IMG/VR virus record: IMGVR_UViG_3300020577_007013
DNA length: 64,000 nt
Strand: one strand, 5' to 3'
Source: a virus
Taxonomy: Duplodnaviria > Caudoviricetes
This document shows positions 46,819-56,131 of this stretch, in pieces. A program made the translations under genes and the position numbers. The first letter of the stretch is position 1. Each line of letters opens with the position of its first letter. Under the pieces are notes generated by a model. That model was not told the DNA's origin and ran no database searches. It was given only the letters and a program-made list of their open reading frames with translations.

Positions 46819-47350
46819 TATAGATCAGTTCCCCATCTTTGAAACCTTTTTGGAGTAATTCATTCGCCATTTTTTCTGACTCGTGTTCAAGACCGGGAGC
46901 ATATCTTTCAGATTTATAATTACAGAAGACTATTTTGAGATCGATCGGTTCTTCTAAGATTCTTCCTAGAGATTTAAAGAATTCAAACTCGTTAGGATAC
47001 CTTAAATCAGAGATGCAAAATTTTGTAATTCCGTTCTCTATATGATTCCAAAAATGTATTTTCCATTGTTGAATCCAGAGATCTTCTCCAAGTTTTTCTC
47101 TCAAACCGTTTCCGATTCTCCTTAGAATGTCTCTTCCTAAACATTTTTTTCCTAAGAAGGAAATCTCAGTCACTTTGAACTTTTCGTATTCTTCATGATT
47201 TTCAGGTCTCCAATCTAAGATCATCCATGTAATTTCTCTAACCTCGTCTGCAAAATTAAGATGAAAGTATCCTTCCTCTTTTACAAGCTTCTGACAGTTA
47301 AAATCTTTTCCCGATCCCTGAACTCCTATAAATGGTCTGAGATATATCAT
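46808..47350 (-). CDS. Deoxynucleoside monophosphate kinase
   Basis: GVQGSGKD, FAD, R..L..IG..LR, ISDLRYPNE, HESE. Confidence 0.85.
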   Translation of the reverse strand: MIYLRPFIGVQGSGKDFNCQKLVKEEGYFHLNFADEVREITWMILDWRPENHEEYEKFKVTEISFLGKKCLGRDILRRIGNGLREKLGEDLWIQQWKIHFWNHIENGITKFCISDLRYPNEFEFFKSLGRILEEPIDLKIVFCNYKSERYAPGLEHESEKMANELLQKGFKDGELIYSGT

Positions 47351-47361
47351 AAGTACTCCTT

Positions 47362-47389
47362 AAAAAAGCCGGCCCTTAATTTGGCCGGC
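47362..47389 (-). terminator. Intrinsic terminator after terC
   Basis: GCCGGCC stem followed by T6. Confidence 0.85.
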
Positions 47390-47405
47390 ATCGAATGTTG
47401 AGGTA

Positions 47406-48335
47406 TTAATTCTCTTCCGCTTTCTCTGGAAAGAAAATAGAGGCGACGATTCCTCCTGTTAAGCAGACGAGAACGACGACTAGACTTGCATTTGGTGATA
47501 TGTGGAATATGTCTAAAGCAGCCAAGATCATCTTAACTCCGATAAAGATTAGAAGTACAATGACTCCTTTCTCTAGATGGGTCAAATATCGTTTTGCAGC
47601 AGACAGAAGGAAGTACATACTTCTGAGCCCCAATATCGCGAAGATATTTGATGTGTAGACCAAGTACGGATCTTGAGTAATGGAGATGACTGCAGGTACT
47701 GAGTCAAAAGCAAACATTACGTCTGCAATTTCCAATGCAACCAAGCAAAGAAGTAATGGAGTGATAAGAAGTTTCCCATCCACTTTCTTAAAGAAGTCAT
47801 GGTCTTGAATTTTCGGATAAACGTTAAAGAACCTTTTAGTCATCCTAACGCTCCAATGATTCGTGTAGTCCTCTTGCTCTTCTCCATCATCAGACTCATT
47901 GTTCTGCAACATTTTCCAAGCAGACCAAAGAACAAAGATACCGAAAGCGACTAAAACCCATTTACTTACCAGTAACAGACTTGTTCCTAATCCAACAAAG
48001 ATCAACCTCAATACGAGTGCTCCTATAATACCATAATAGAGTACTCTGTGTTGATACTTATCTGAAATAGCGAAGCTACTAAAGATAGCCATGAACACAA
48101 ATAGATTGTCTACTGATAAGCTCTTTTCTAGAAAGTAGCCTGACAGAAACAAACTCGAGTGTTCCGGACTTTGAGTTACGTAAAGGTATCCAGCAAAAGC
48201 TAAAGAGACTGCAATCCAGAATCCACTCCAGATTGCAGCATTCTTCAACGAAATTGCTTCGTCTTTTTTGTGGCTATAGAGATCTACAATCAGAGCAGCA
48301 ACCACGACTGCTCCGAATATTGCGATATTTACCAT
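47406..48335 (-). CDS. terC: TerC/Alx family metal homeostasis membrane protein
   Basis: EKSLSVDNLFVF, QHRVL, DVMFAFDSVPA, SNIFAILGLRSMYF. Confidence 0.95.
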   Translation of the reverse strand: MVNIAIFGAVVVAALIVDLYSHKKDEAISLKNAAIWSGFWIAVSLAFAGYLYVTQSPEHSSLFLSGYFLEKSLSVDNLFVFMAIFSSFAISDKYQHRVLYYGIIGALVLRLIFVGLGTSLLLVSKWVLVAFGIFVLWSAWKMLQNNESDDGEEQEDYTNHWSVRMTKRFFNVYPKIQDHDFFKKVDGKLLITPLLLCLVALEIADVMFAFDSVPAVISITQDPYLVYTSNIFAILGLRSMYFLLSAAKRYLTHLEKGVIVLLIFIGVKMILAALDIFHISPNASLVVVLVCLTGGIVASIFFPEKAEEN

Positions 48336-48348
48336 TTAAGGCTCCTTT

Positions 48349-48909
48349 TTATAATTTGGATTCGATGAGAGGCATCATATCATGGAATGTTCTTCCATGG
48401 CAGTTTTCTCCTATCGCTTCCATCTTCCAACCTTTAGAAGACCGTTCGAGTTTAGCCATGACCATGGCTGTGTGATCTCCTTGACAAGAGAGATCATACT
48501 TAGCAATTTCAGCATTGTTGGTTGCGTCAACCAATCTGCAGAAAGCTTTCTTCACAGAACTGAAAGTCTGACCTGTAAAGTTGTTGACGACAAAGATTAA
48601 TTTGTCAGCTTCTTCTTTAAGAGAAATCAGATCCACTGTGATGACTTCGTTGTCTCCTGATCCAGCTCCGACACGATCATCACCACTGTGCTTGATGTTT
48701 TTGTCTTTACTGACCAATTGTCTGAACCAGACTTGATCGATCAGCTTTCCTTTTTTGTTGAAGACGAGACATGAAGCATCAAGATCGACGTCTCCTCCAC
48801 TTAACCAGCCACCAGCTTTCCAGCCGAGACCCATTTTAACAGATGTGTACCCACTTCCGTCAGTTTTTTCAAGGTTGATCTTGTCACCTTTTGCGAGTGA
48901 TATGCTCAT
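48349..48909 (-). CDS. terZ: TerD/TerZ family protein
   Basis: GLGW, DLDASC, HSGDD, DNE. Confidence 0.88.
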   Translation of the reverse strand: MSISLAKGDKINLEKTDGSGYTSVKMGLGWKAGGWLSGGDVDLDASCLVFNKKGKLIDQVWFRQLVSKDKNIKHSGDDRVGAGSGDNEVITVDLISLKEEADKLIFVVNNFTGQTFSSVKKAFCRLVDATNNAEIAKYDLSCQGDHTAMVMAKLERSSKGWKMEAIGENCHGRTFHDMMPLIESKL

Positions 48910-48940
48910 TTTCTTTTCTCCTTTTCTTATTTCTTATAAG

Positions 48941-49513
48941 TCAATCTACATCGATTCCATAATTTGCGCAAAGTTTTCTTAAGCCACCTTTGACACCTTG
49001 TCCGATAGCTTTGAAGACCCATTCAGAACCGTCTCTATGAATCTCTCCGAAGATCATAGCTGACTCATTCTTAGAGTCTTCATCAAGAGTGAACTTACAA
49101 ATTTCATCTCCAGATTCTTTGTTGACGAGTCTTATGTAAGCATTCTTTACTTTGCCGAAAGTTTGCTTACGTTTGTCAGCTTCGTGAATCGTAACGACAG
49201 CTACAAGTTTTTCGACTTCTTGAGGGACTTTCTTGAGAATGACTTCAATGACTTCATCATCTTCGTCATCCCCACCACCAGTTCTGTTATCACCTGTATG
49301 GTGAACACTTTTGCAGGAACTGTCTGGATTGTTGTAGAATACAAAGTCCTTTTCACTGTTGACGATTCCTTTGGAATTCACCATGAAAAGACTTGCGTCT
49401 AGGTCGAAGTTTTCTCTTTCACCGACGTCCCAACCTAAGCAGATTTGAATCTCCTTAAGTTTGGAGTCCTTACTGAGAGAGAGTGATTTGTTTTTTGTTA
49501 GTGATACACTCAT
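48941..49513 (-). CDS. terD: TerD family protein (start reassigned to MSVSL)
   Basis: LGWD, FDLDAS, FVFYNN, HTGDNRTG, FKAIGQG. Confidence 0.92.
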   Translation of the reverse strand: MSVSLTKNKSLSLSKDSKLKEIQICLGWDVGERENFDLDASLFMVNSKGIVNSEKDFVFYNNPDSSCKSVHHTGDNRTGGGDDEDDEVIEVILKKVPQEVEKLVAVVTIHEADKRKQTFGKVKNAYIRLVNKESGDEICKFTLDEDSKNESAMIFGEIHRDGSEWVFKAIGQGVKGGLRKLCANYGIDVD

Positions 49514-50082
49514 GCGAGTCCTACCTGTTCGAGCATTTTTGACAATCCGCCTTTGAAGCCTTGACCAATGGCTTTGAATTTCCATTCGTCATCCTTCTTG
49601 TAAAGTTCTCCGAAGATCATTGCTGCCTCAGTAGAGGCGTCTTCAGAGAGATCGAATCGACAAATCTCTTTGTTTGATTTTTGATCTTCCACTCTTATGA
49701 AGCAAGAAGATACCATTCCGAAGTTCTGTTTTCGTTCAACAGCTTCATGAATTGTGACAAGAAATTGGATCTTGTCGATGTGAGAAGGAACTTTTGAAAG
49801 ATCCACAAGAAGAGACTCATCATCTCCGTCTCCTGCACCTGTTCGATTGTCACCTGTGTGTTTTACACTCTCACATTTGCTTTTCAGATTGTTGTAAAAT
49901 ACAAAGTCTTTGTCATCTTTGCATTTTCCATCTGAACCGAGAAGAAAAGCTGAAGCGTCAAGGTCGAAACCGTCACCGTCAGTCTTTCTTACATCCCATC
50001 CTAAGCCAACTCGAATTTTAGAAAGTCCTTTGACCTCTTTGGAAAGATTGGCATTTCCACCTTTTTGTAAATTGATACTCAT
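49510..50082 (-). CDS. terD: TerD/TerE family protein
   Basis: GLGWD, FDLDASAF, HTGDNRTGAGDGDDE, WKFKAIGQG. Confidence 0.95.
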   Translation of the reverse strand: MSINLQKGGNANLSKEVKGLSKIRVGLGWDVRKTDGDGFDLDASAFLLGSDGKCKDDKDFVFYNNLKSKCESVKHTGDNRTGAGDGDDESLLVDLSKVPSHIDKIQFLVTIHEAVERKQNFGMVSSCFIRVEDQKSNKEICRFDLSEDASTEAAMIFGELYKKDDEWKFKAIGQGFKGGLSKMLEQVGLA

Positions 50083-50095
50083 TCTTTTCTCCTTT

Positions 50096-50605
50096 TCATA
50101 ATTGTAGTTGCTTGAAAAAATTTATTTCCAATTTCATTGAGTCGACTTCCTCTTCTTTCATTTTCTGAAAGAACTCTGTGAGAAAGTCAATCGACATCTC
50201 GAAGCTAGGTTTCACCTCTTCGAAGAATTGTATGAGCTCATTGACGTCTTCAGAATTCTGGCTGAGCTTGATATATTTGTCAAGAATACTTTTCAGACTG
50301 TCGATGTGATAGATGAAGACTTGTTTACTCACAGTAAGCTTCTGCTCGTCATGCTCAATATAGGTCAAGATCTCGTCCAACAGCTTTGTAATATTTCTCA
50401 ACTGCCTACGAACAATTGCGTTACTGACTTGTTCGATTCTGGTTGAGAGAACTGTGATCTTACTTCTATATCTCTTAATCTCTTCTTCCTTCTCATCTCT
50501 CAAACTTCTAGTGACTTCTGTCTGAGGAGCTTGAAGTTGTGGTCGATCAGGTCTTGAAAAGACTTTGATCAACCAATGAGCTAATGATAAAAAGAACTTT
50601 CTCAT
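50096..50605 (-). CDS. XpaC-like protein (TelA partner)
   Basis: Helical protein adjacent to telA; YHIDSL..ILDKYI and DSMKLEI patterns. Confidence 0.65.
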   Translation of the reverse strand: MRKFFLSLAHWLIKVFSRPDRPQLQAPQTEVTRSLRDEKEEEIKRYRSKITVLSTRIEQVSNAIVRRQLRNITKLLDEILTYIEHDEQKLTVSKQVFIYHIDSLKSILDKYIKLSQNSEDVNELIQFFEEVKPSFEMSIDFLTEFFQKMKEEEVDSMKLEINFFKQLQL

Positions 50606-51669
50606 TTTGAGAGTAATTTATGTTTCAGTTCTTGTTCGATCTGAAGAATCTCAGCTTCTGCTTGACGACGTTTCTCTCTTCCTTCTTGTTGGATTCGTAA
50701 TACACCGTCGATGGTCTCGATAAGATCTGAGTTGACTTTCTTCAAGGATTCAATTTCCACTATGCCTCTTTCATTCTCTTTGGCAATTCCAAGAGAGTTC
50801 ACCTTCAGCATCTCACTGTTCTTTGTAATGAGATCATTTGTTGCATCAGTGACTTGACGTTGAAGCTGCATTGCTTTCTGACTTCTCAGCATTCCAATTG
50901 CGATCACGATCTGATTTTTCCAAAGAGGAATGGTATTCAGAACTGTGCTCTGGATTTTCTCAACCAAGACTTGATTGCCTGTCTGGATAAGACGAATTTG
51001 AGGAGCTGTTTGAAGACTCAATGTCTGACTCAATTTGAGATCATAGATCTTCTTCTCAAGTCGATTTGCAAACTCGACTGCATCTCTGTACCGTTGAGCA
51101 CTTGTGAGATCATCAGATGATTCTGACTCTTCCTTCATCTTAGGAAGGATCTCTTCATTGAGCTCTCTGAGTTGTTCATCAGCAGCTACGACATAGAGTC
51201 GTAGATCTTTCAGGTACTCGAGATTTTTCTCATAGAGCTGATTGAACATGAGATTGTCTTTTGTGAGATTCATCCTTGCGACTTCAAGCTCATCAACGAT
51301 TTTAGCAATCTGATGAGAGACCTCTTCATGTTTCGCAAGGAATTTTTGTGTTGACCTTACGAAGTTTTTGAGTATCGGAATCTTGGAGAGAAATCCGTCT
51401 CCTGATGAAAGTGAATTTACATCAAGATCTTTCACTTTGAAAAGCAAGTCAGTGAGTTTTTCTCCGACATAGCCAGTATCTTTCGATTTGATTTGCTCCA
51501 AACAAGATGTGCTGAATTCGCTTATCTTGGCTTGAGCTTTAGCTCCGAAAGAAATGATACTGTTTGTATCTCTCAAATCGAAGTGTTGTTTGATTGTTGC
51601 GACTTTGTTAGAGTCGACTTTGTCCATTATTTTCTGGACATCCTTTGTAACAGTTAATTGTGTATCCAT
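50602..51669 (-). CDS. telA: TelA/KlaA toxic anion resistance protein
   Basis: FGAKAQ, QTAPQIRLIQ, NTIPLWKNQ, ENERGIV, EGREKR. Confidence 0.93.
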   Translation of the reverse strand: MDTQLTVTKDVQKIMDKVDSNKVATIKQHFDLRDTNSIISFGAKAQAKISEFSTSCLEQIKSKDTGYVGEKLTDLLFKVKDLDVNSLSSGDGFLSKIPILKNFVRSTQKFLAKHEEVSHQIAKIVDELEVARMNLTKDNLMFNQLYEKNLEYLKDLRLYVVAADEQLRELNEEILPKMKEESESSDDLTSAQRYRDAVEFANRLEKKIYDLKLSQTLSLQTAPQIRLIQTGNQVLVEKIQSTVLNTIPLWKNQIVIAIGMLRSQKAMQLQRQVTDATNDLITKNSEMLKVNSLGIAKENERGIVEIESLKKVNSDLIETIDGVLRIQQEGREKRRQAEAEILQIEQELKHKLLSK

Positions 51670-51715
51670 TTGACATAGGATATAATAGAAGAGATTCGAC
51701 TCTCTGGACTATTTT

Positions 51716-52990
51716 TTATTCAAATGCTTTTATCTTAGATGGATTATGGAAATGAGATTTCAATGTTCTTACTGAATCTGCAAACACAATCGAAGGATCT
51801 TTATCTGGAGTTTTCTTCAAAAAGAGATCGAAAGTCCTTTTTACTTCTTTGATATGAGATCCTGTGAATCTTTGTTTATAGCAAAGTTTATTGTCAATTC
51901 CGTTAATCCCTTTAAAGTAAAGAGAGATAAGAGCATCAATTTCTTTATCTGACGGAAAGTCAAAAAAGTACTTTCTGTTGAATCTCATTGGTCTGTTCTT
52001 GACCGCTTCATCAAGATGCTCTATGTAGTTCGTTGTCGCAATGAAACAGATCCTTTTATCAATGTTAGAGATTCCTGAAACAAGTTGAAGAAATGAAGCG
52101 ATCTGACTATTAGGCATGTCTCTTCTATCTTGAGCAAAAGAGTCTACGTCTTCAAAAGTCACTGAGCAATCTCCAACGATCTCTTGAATGAAAGTCTTGA
52201 GCATAGAGAAATCGATGATCTCTGTGAGAAAGATGGATGTCTTGCCCATTTTCAGAACTTCATTTACTACAGAAGTACAGGTAAGGGTCTTTCCAGTTCC
52301 TTGAGGACCGTACATGATAATGCCATTCGGTCCTGAAAACTCTTTGAGATAGAGTACAGTGTTATCATAAATATCATTCTTCAGTTCTTCGTTGAGTATG
52401 AGATTATCGAATCCTACATTGTCGGGTTTTTCCATTTTTACATTAAATCTATGGTCGATGAACATATTCTTGTTGAGATAGAAATTACTTTGCTTAGAAT
52501 AATCTTCAATCTCCTTGATCATTTCTTCCAAAGGTCTTTGAGAATTGAGAACTATATTTTTTGTTTCGAAGTCGAAGCTAATTCTCACAATTGATTCTTT
52601 GAAGTTGATGAAGATTATCCCTTTAAAAGGGATTTGGGTGTAGACTCCATAGTCTGTATTAATCGAGTAAGGAACCACTTCCTCAATAAAGAAATTGAAC
52701 TTCTTCTTTGCTATCATGTTCACAATAGCATAAGAGTAGATTTCATAAGTAAAATGATTGAGAGAGAAACTGTAAGTGTTAAGAGTCTTTTGCTCTGAAA
52801 GAATTGAATCAGATTCTGGAAGAATCTCCTCTGAAGACTCTTTATAAGCTTCGATGGCTTCTGACTTGACATTAAACGAAGTCAAGTTTTCCTTGACCAG
52901 TAATTCATCGAATCTTTTCATTTTATGATCTTCATCGGTGGCTTTCATATTGACACCCTTAGCTTTGGAGAGTTTAGGTCTTTTTAACAT
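51716..52990 (-). CDS. AAA+ ATPase
   Basis: YGPQGTGKT, FEDVD, ATTN, RPMRF. Confidence 0.88.
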   Translation of the reverse strand: MLKRPKLSKAKGVNMKATDEDHKMKRFDELLVKENLTSFNVKSEAIEAYKESSEEILPESDSILSEQKTLNTYSFSLNHFTYEIYSYAIVNMIAKKKFNFFIEEVVPYSINTDYGVYTQIPFKGIIFINFKESIVRISFDFETKNIVLNSQRPLEEMIKEIEDYSKQSNFYLNKNMFIDHRFNVKMEKPDNVGFDNLILNEELKNDIYDNTVLYLKEFSGPNGIIMYGPQGTGKTLTCTSVVNEVLKMGKTSIFLTEIIDFSMLKTFIQEIVGDCSVTFEDVDSFAQDRRDMPNSQIASFLQLVSGISNIDKRICFIATTNYIEHLDEAVKNRPMRFNRKYFFDFPSDKEIDALISLYFKGINGIDNKLCYKQRFTGSHIKEVKRTFDLFLKKTPDKDPSIVFADSVRTLKSHFHNPSKIKAFE

Positions 52991-53264
52991 TGAGTTTTTC
53001 CTTGATGAGAGACTTTATGAGATAATAATTCGCTGAGAAAATAAAAAGAGAATCGATCAAATCTAGATGTGTCATACTGTCACTACAAATACCAAGTATG
53101 TGAAGTAAAGATTCCATTAATCGAAGAGCAGAGCTGCCATAACTCCATTTACAATTAGAAATATAAGAGTAAGAGCCCAATGTGGAATTGCAATTTTGTG
53201 TTTGTCAGTTATGATAATCAAACCTTCGTATGTCCAAAATTTTTCTTCCATAAATATTTATAAT

Positions 53265-54248
53265 TTATCGCTTCGAAACCTCATCCATTAAAGTCACAAG
53301 TTCATAGATTTCCCTATCTGCAGATTCTGAAATTCGTTGTCTCTTAATTTCCTCAAATTCCTGTTTGGAACATGTGAAGAGAAGATTCGTTTCCAGCCCT
53401 AAAGGCATGTAAGATGCAGCAGCACCTCTCGATTGTTTTTTGGCATAAGATTTGTCTTGACCTTCATTTATAAGGTCTTCATAGACTTGTTTTTGACAAG
53501 ATGAATATTGACCAACACAATACTTCTGAATTTTCTCCATTGCGACTTGACTCACACTATCAAAAGGATGCTTAATGAAAGCGTTCTCAGTAATGTCCAC
53601 ATAACGAGTCGATTCCATACTAATAGCAGTCTGAAAACCATGTCTTGTCAACTCTTGAGCAACTCTACGAGAAGTCTTAATTTCAAATGAGTACCATTCT
53701 AATCCAAATTCTTTGATCTGCTCATCGGTCAGAACTTCTAGATCAACATGAGAGTTTGCTTTATCTACGAATATGAGAGGAGCTTTCTTTCTTGCAAGTT
53801 CATAGATGCTATAGAAAGTAGTAAGACAATCCGTCTCTGAATCTGTTCTAAGAGTGTTTCGATAAGTATTCTCTATGAGTCTAAAATTGACACCAATAAA
53901 GTTCTTCCCTTTTTCTCTTTTAGGATACCAACCAGGAAGTCCAGCAAAGCCAATGCACCAGTCTCTATAGAGCCTATCGGTTAACTCAACGTGAATAATG
54001 TTGTGACCGTAGATTGAATGATGACCTACTTCTCTGATATGAGCATGATAATCTTTAGAGCTTCTATTCTTAGAACCAGCAATTCCAGATCGGTAGCATA
54101 GTCTTCCCCCATATTCGCTCAAGGAAGAATAGTTAGAACCTACATAGCAATCGCTATCTATGACCCCATTGTCTTTAAGCTCTGAGATTTTGTCAGACCA
54201 TTCTTTTGTAAATTTCCCATTGAGTCCGATTAAAGTTGCCCCACTCAT
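53265..54248 (-). CDS. thyX: FAD-dependent thymidylate synthase (start reassigned to MSGATL)
   Basis: GRLCY, GHHSI, SRRVAQELTRH...SMESTRYV, ADREI. Confidence 0.85.
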   Translation of the reverse strand: MSGATLIGLNGKFTKEWSDKISELKDNGVIDSDCYVGSNYSSLSEYGGRLCYRSGIAGSKNRSSKDYHAHIREVGHHSIYGHNIIHVELTDRLYRDWCIGFAGLPGWYPKREKGKNFIGVNFRLIENTYRNTLRTDSETDCLTTFYSIYELARKKAPLIFVDKANSHVDLEVLTDEQIKEFGLEWYSFEIKTSRRVAQELTRHGFQTAISMESTRYVDITENAFIKHPFDSVSQVAMEKIQKYCVGQYSSCQKQVYEDLINEGQDKSYAKKQSRGAAASYMPLGLETNLLFTCSKQEFEEIKRQRISESADREIYELVTLMDEVSKR

Positions 54249-54403
54249 TTTGCTTTTATTATGATCAGAGCTATCAGAACAATGACTACCACTGCAGGAA
54301 TGCATAGGATGAAGATGAGAGAGAACCATCCTATGGAGATAAATCCTAGAAGTTTAAGTACCAATAAGATCAGAAATAGAGCTGAGAAGAATCCTAATTG
54401 CAT
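54245..54403 (-). CDS. Small two-helix membrane protein (52 aa, missed by ORF track)
   Basis: LFLILLVLKLLGFISIGW...; ATGA overlap with thyX. Confidence 0.55.
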   Translation of the reverse strand: MQLGFFSALFLILLVLKLLGFISIGWFSLIFILCIPAVVVIVLIALIIIKAK

Positions 54404-54404
54404 A

Positions 54405-54887
54405 TTAATCCTTTGTCACTGTGACATTTTCAGATTCTGAAGTGGTGTCTGTTTTGAATTTAGAATATCCATGTAGATCTTGAATTTCTTTTGTCTCACT
54501 AAGACTTCTGTTTCTATATGAGTTGACCACTGGATTCTTAAAAGCAACATGAAGAAGTTCCTTCAGTTCATCCTTAAATTTCGAAGTAAGATTGGATTCT
54601 AAAATAATAAGCTCAAGTTTCTTTTCTCTTTCGATAAGTGCTTTCTCAAAAGTAGAGAGTCTGACCTCTTCACTCTTAATAAAGTTCTCATTATTCTTCA
54701 ATTCAGAGATTTCTAAGTAGAGTCTCTTATTCTCTTTTGTAAGAGACTCGTTATTTGCTTTAAGCGTTTCCTTCTCTTGCTTAAGAGTCTCTAAAAGTTT
54801 CAATTGCTCATGAAGCTCTTTGCTGAGATGCTCAGGAAGGTTCTTCCTAATGACTTCTGAAAGATCTTTTTCTAGTGTTGCGCTCAT
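54405..54887 (-). CDS. Coiled-coil protein
   Basis: Heptad-rich ORF. Confidence 0.6.
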   Translation of the reverse strand: MSATLEKDLSEVIRKNLPEHLSKELHEQLKLLETLKQEKETLKANNESLTKENKRLYLEISELKNNENFIKSEEVRLSTFEKALIEREKKLELIILESNLTSKFKDELKELLHVAFKNPVVNSYRNRSLSETKEIQDLHGYSKFKTDTTSESENVTVTKD

Positions 54888-55157
54888 TTATTCTTCCTCT
54901 GACTCGTGATCAGAAGTATTTCCGTCTACTTCTTCTTCCTTCTCGAGTTGAATGTTTCCTTTTGGCTCTGATCCGTAATTTTCTATGATATGTTCAAGAG
55001 TACTCCCATCGACATGATGGGAGTTTTCAACATCTGCATTCTTTATTGCGAGGAGTCTTCCGTTGATTTCCTCTTGATGAGTCTGACAAAAGAAGTGGCT
55101 TCCTACAGAGAAAGCTGCTTCTTTATCACAACCTTTGATTTCGCAAGTAGCATGCAT
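54888..55157 (-). CDS. CCCH zinc-finger protein with acidic tail
   Basis: CEIKGC...FCQTH; same finger as 25986..26318. Confidence 0.6.
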   Translation of the reverse strand: MHATCEIKGCDKEAAFSVGSHFFCQTHQEEINGRLLAIKNADVENSHHVDGSTLEHIIENYGSEPKGNIQLEKEEEVDGNTSDHESEEE

Positions 55158-55158
55158 A

Positions 55159-56085
55159 TTATTTTCCTTTCTTTGCTTTTTCTGCCTTTTCTTTTTTCAG
55201 CTCGTTCTCTTCTTCTTTAAGAACTGCAGCATCATCGATTGATGCAGAAAGATCCACTGAATGAAGATCATCGACGGAATTTGTTGCCATCATTCCATAT
55301 ACAGCTGATCTAGCATTCGTCATTGCTTTGAACATACCTTTTGTTCCAGCAGAAGTCGTTTTGTAATTCACGTTCGAAGTGAATCCCAAAGAAGATCCTG
55401 TAGAGAATGCGTCGATGTTAGCACCTAAGAAAATGAATTCCCATTTGTCTTGGTTCTTTCTTTCTTCGACGAGTTCTTTAAGCTTATCACGATTGTATTC
55501 ATGGCTTGTATTTTCATGTCCATCAGTAATAATCATGAATGAGACTTTGATAGGTTTTTGATCTGCAGGAAGAGCATCAATACGAGCTTTGGTCTCTGCA
55601 ATCATTCTACCGACAGTATCAAGAAGTGCTGTTGAGCCTCTAGGTGTGAGAACCAATTCTTCAGTTTTCACATCGGCAATATTCTTAGCCGTGAAGTGAA
55701 CTTCGTGAGTATCATCGAAAGTGCAGTATGAGACTTTAATGTCTACACCTTTTTCTTTTTTCTGATCTTCAATATGTTCTCTGAGACCACCTTCCATGTC
55801 GTCTTTAATGTCGACCATAGAGCCTGATCGGTCGAGAATAATTGTCAAGTCGAAAATCTTGCTTTGGGCAGACTTAGAAGCTTTAGGAGTTTTCACTGCC
55901 TTAACAGCTTTGACAGCTTTGACAGCTTTTACTTTCTTAGTAGCTTTTGCTTTCAGCTTTGCTTTCTTAGCTTTGAGCTTCTCTTTTGCTCTAGCTTTCT
56001 TAGCTTTAATTTTTGCCAGTTTTTTAGCAGAAAGCTTCTTGGCGATTTTAGATGCTTTCTTTTTGGTTTTTTTCTTTGTAGCCAT
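55159..56085 (-). CDS. vWA domain protein with histone H1-like Lys/Ala N-terminus
   Basis: About 75 aa K/A-rich including KAVKAVKAVK; LDRSGSM, GSTALLD, ITDGHEN, FIFLGAN. Confidence 0.88.
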   Translation of the reverse strand: MATKKKTKKKASKIAKKLSAKKLAKIKAKKARAKEKLKAKKAKLKAKATKKVKAVKAVKAVKAVKTPKASKSAQSKIFDLTIILDRSGSMVDIKDDMEGGLREHIEDQKKEKGVDIKVSYCTFDDTHEVHFTAKNIADVKTEELVLTPRGSTALLDTVGRMIAETKARIDALPADQKPIKVSFMIITDGHENTSHEYNRDKLKELVEERKNQDKWEFIFLGANIDAFSTGSSLGFTSNVNYKTTSAGTKGMFKAMTNARSAVYGMMATNSVDDLHSVDLSASIDDAAVLKEEENELKKEKAEKAKKGK

Positions 56086-56131
56086 GTTCTTTTATATTAT
56101 CCTTTTCCCTTGATCTCAAATTTTGTGGTGA

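Noticed and set aside
47406..51669. Window being a bacterial chromosome or plasmid because of the ter genes
   Set aside because: The surrounding content (Rnl1/PseT, dNMP kinase, solo GroES, gp47-like nuclease, many small ORFans, strong strand bias) fits a large phage, although no capsid or terminase gene is present here to prove it.
52974..53180. Track ORF between thyX and the AAA+ gene
   Set aside because: Poor start context and competing short hydrophobic frames; I could not decide which frame is real.
54249..54329. His/Cys-rich N-terminal extension on ThyX as a metal-binding tag
   Set aside because: It overlaps a more plausible membrane-protein gene (54245..54403) that couples to thyX by ATGA at 54248.
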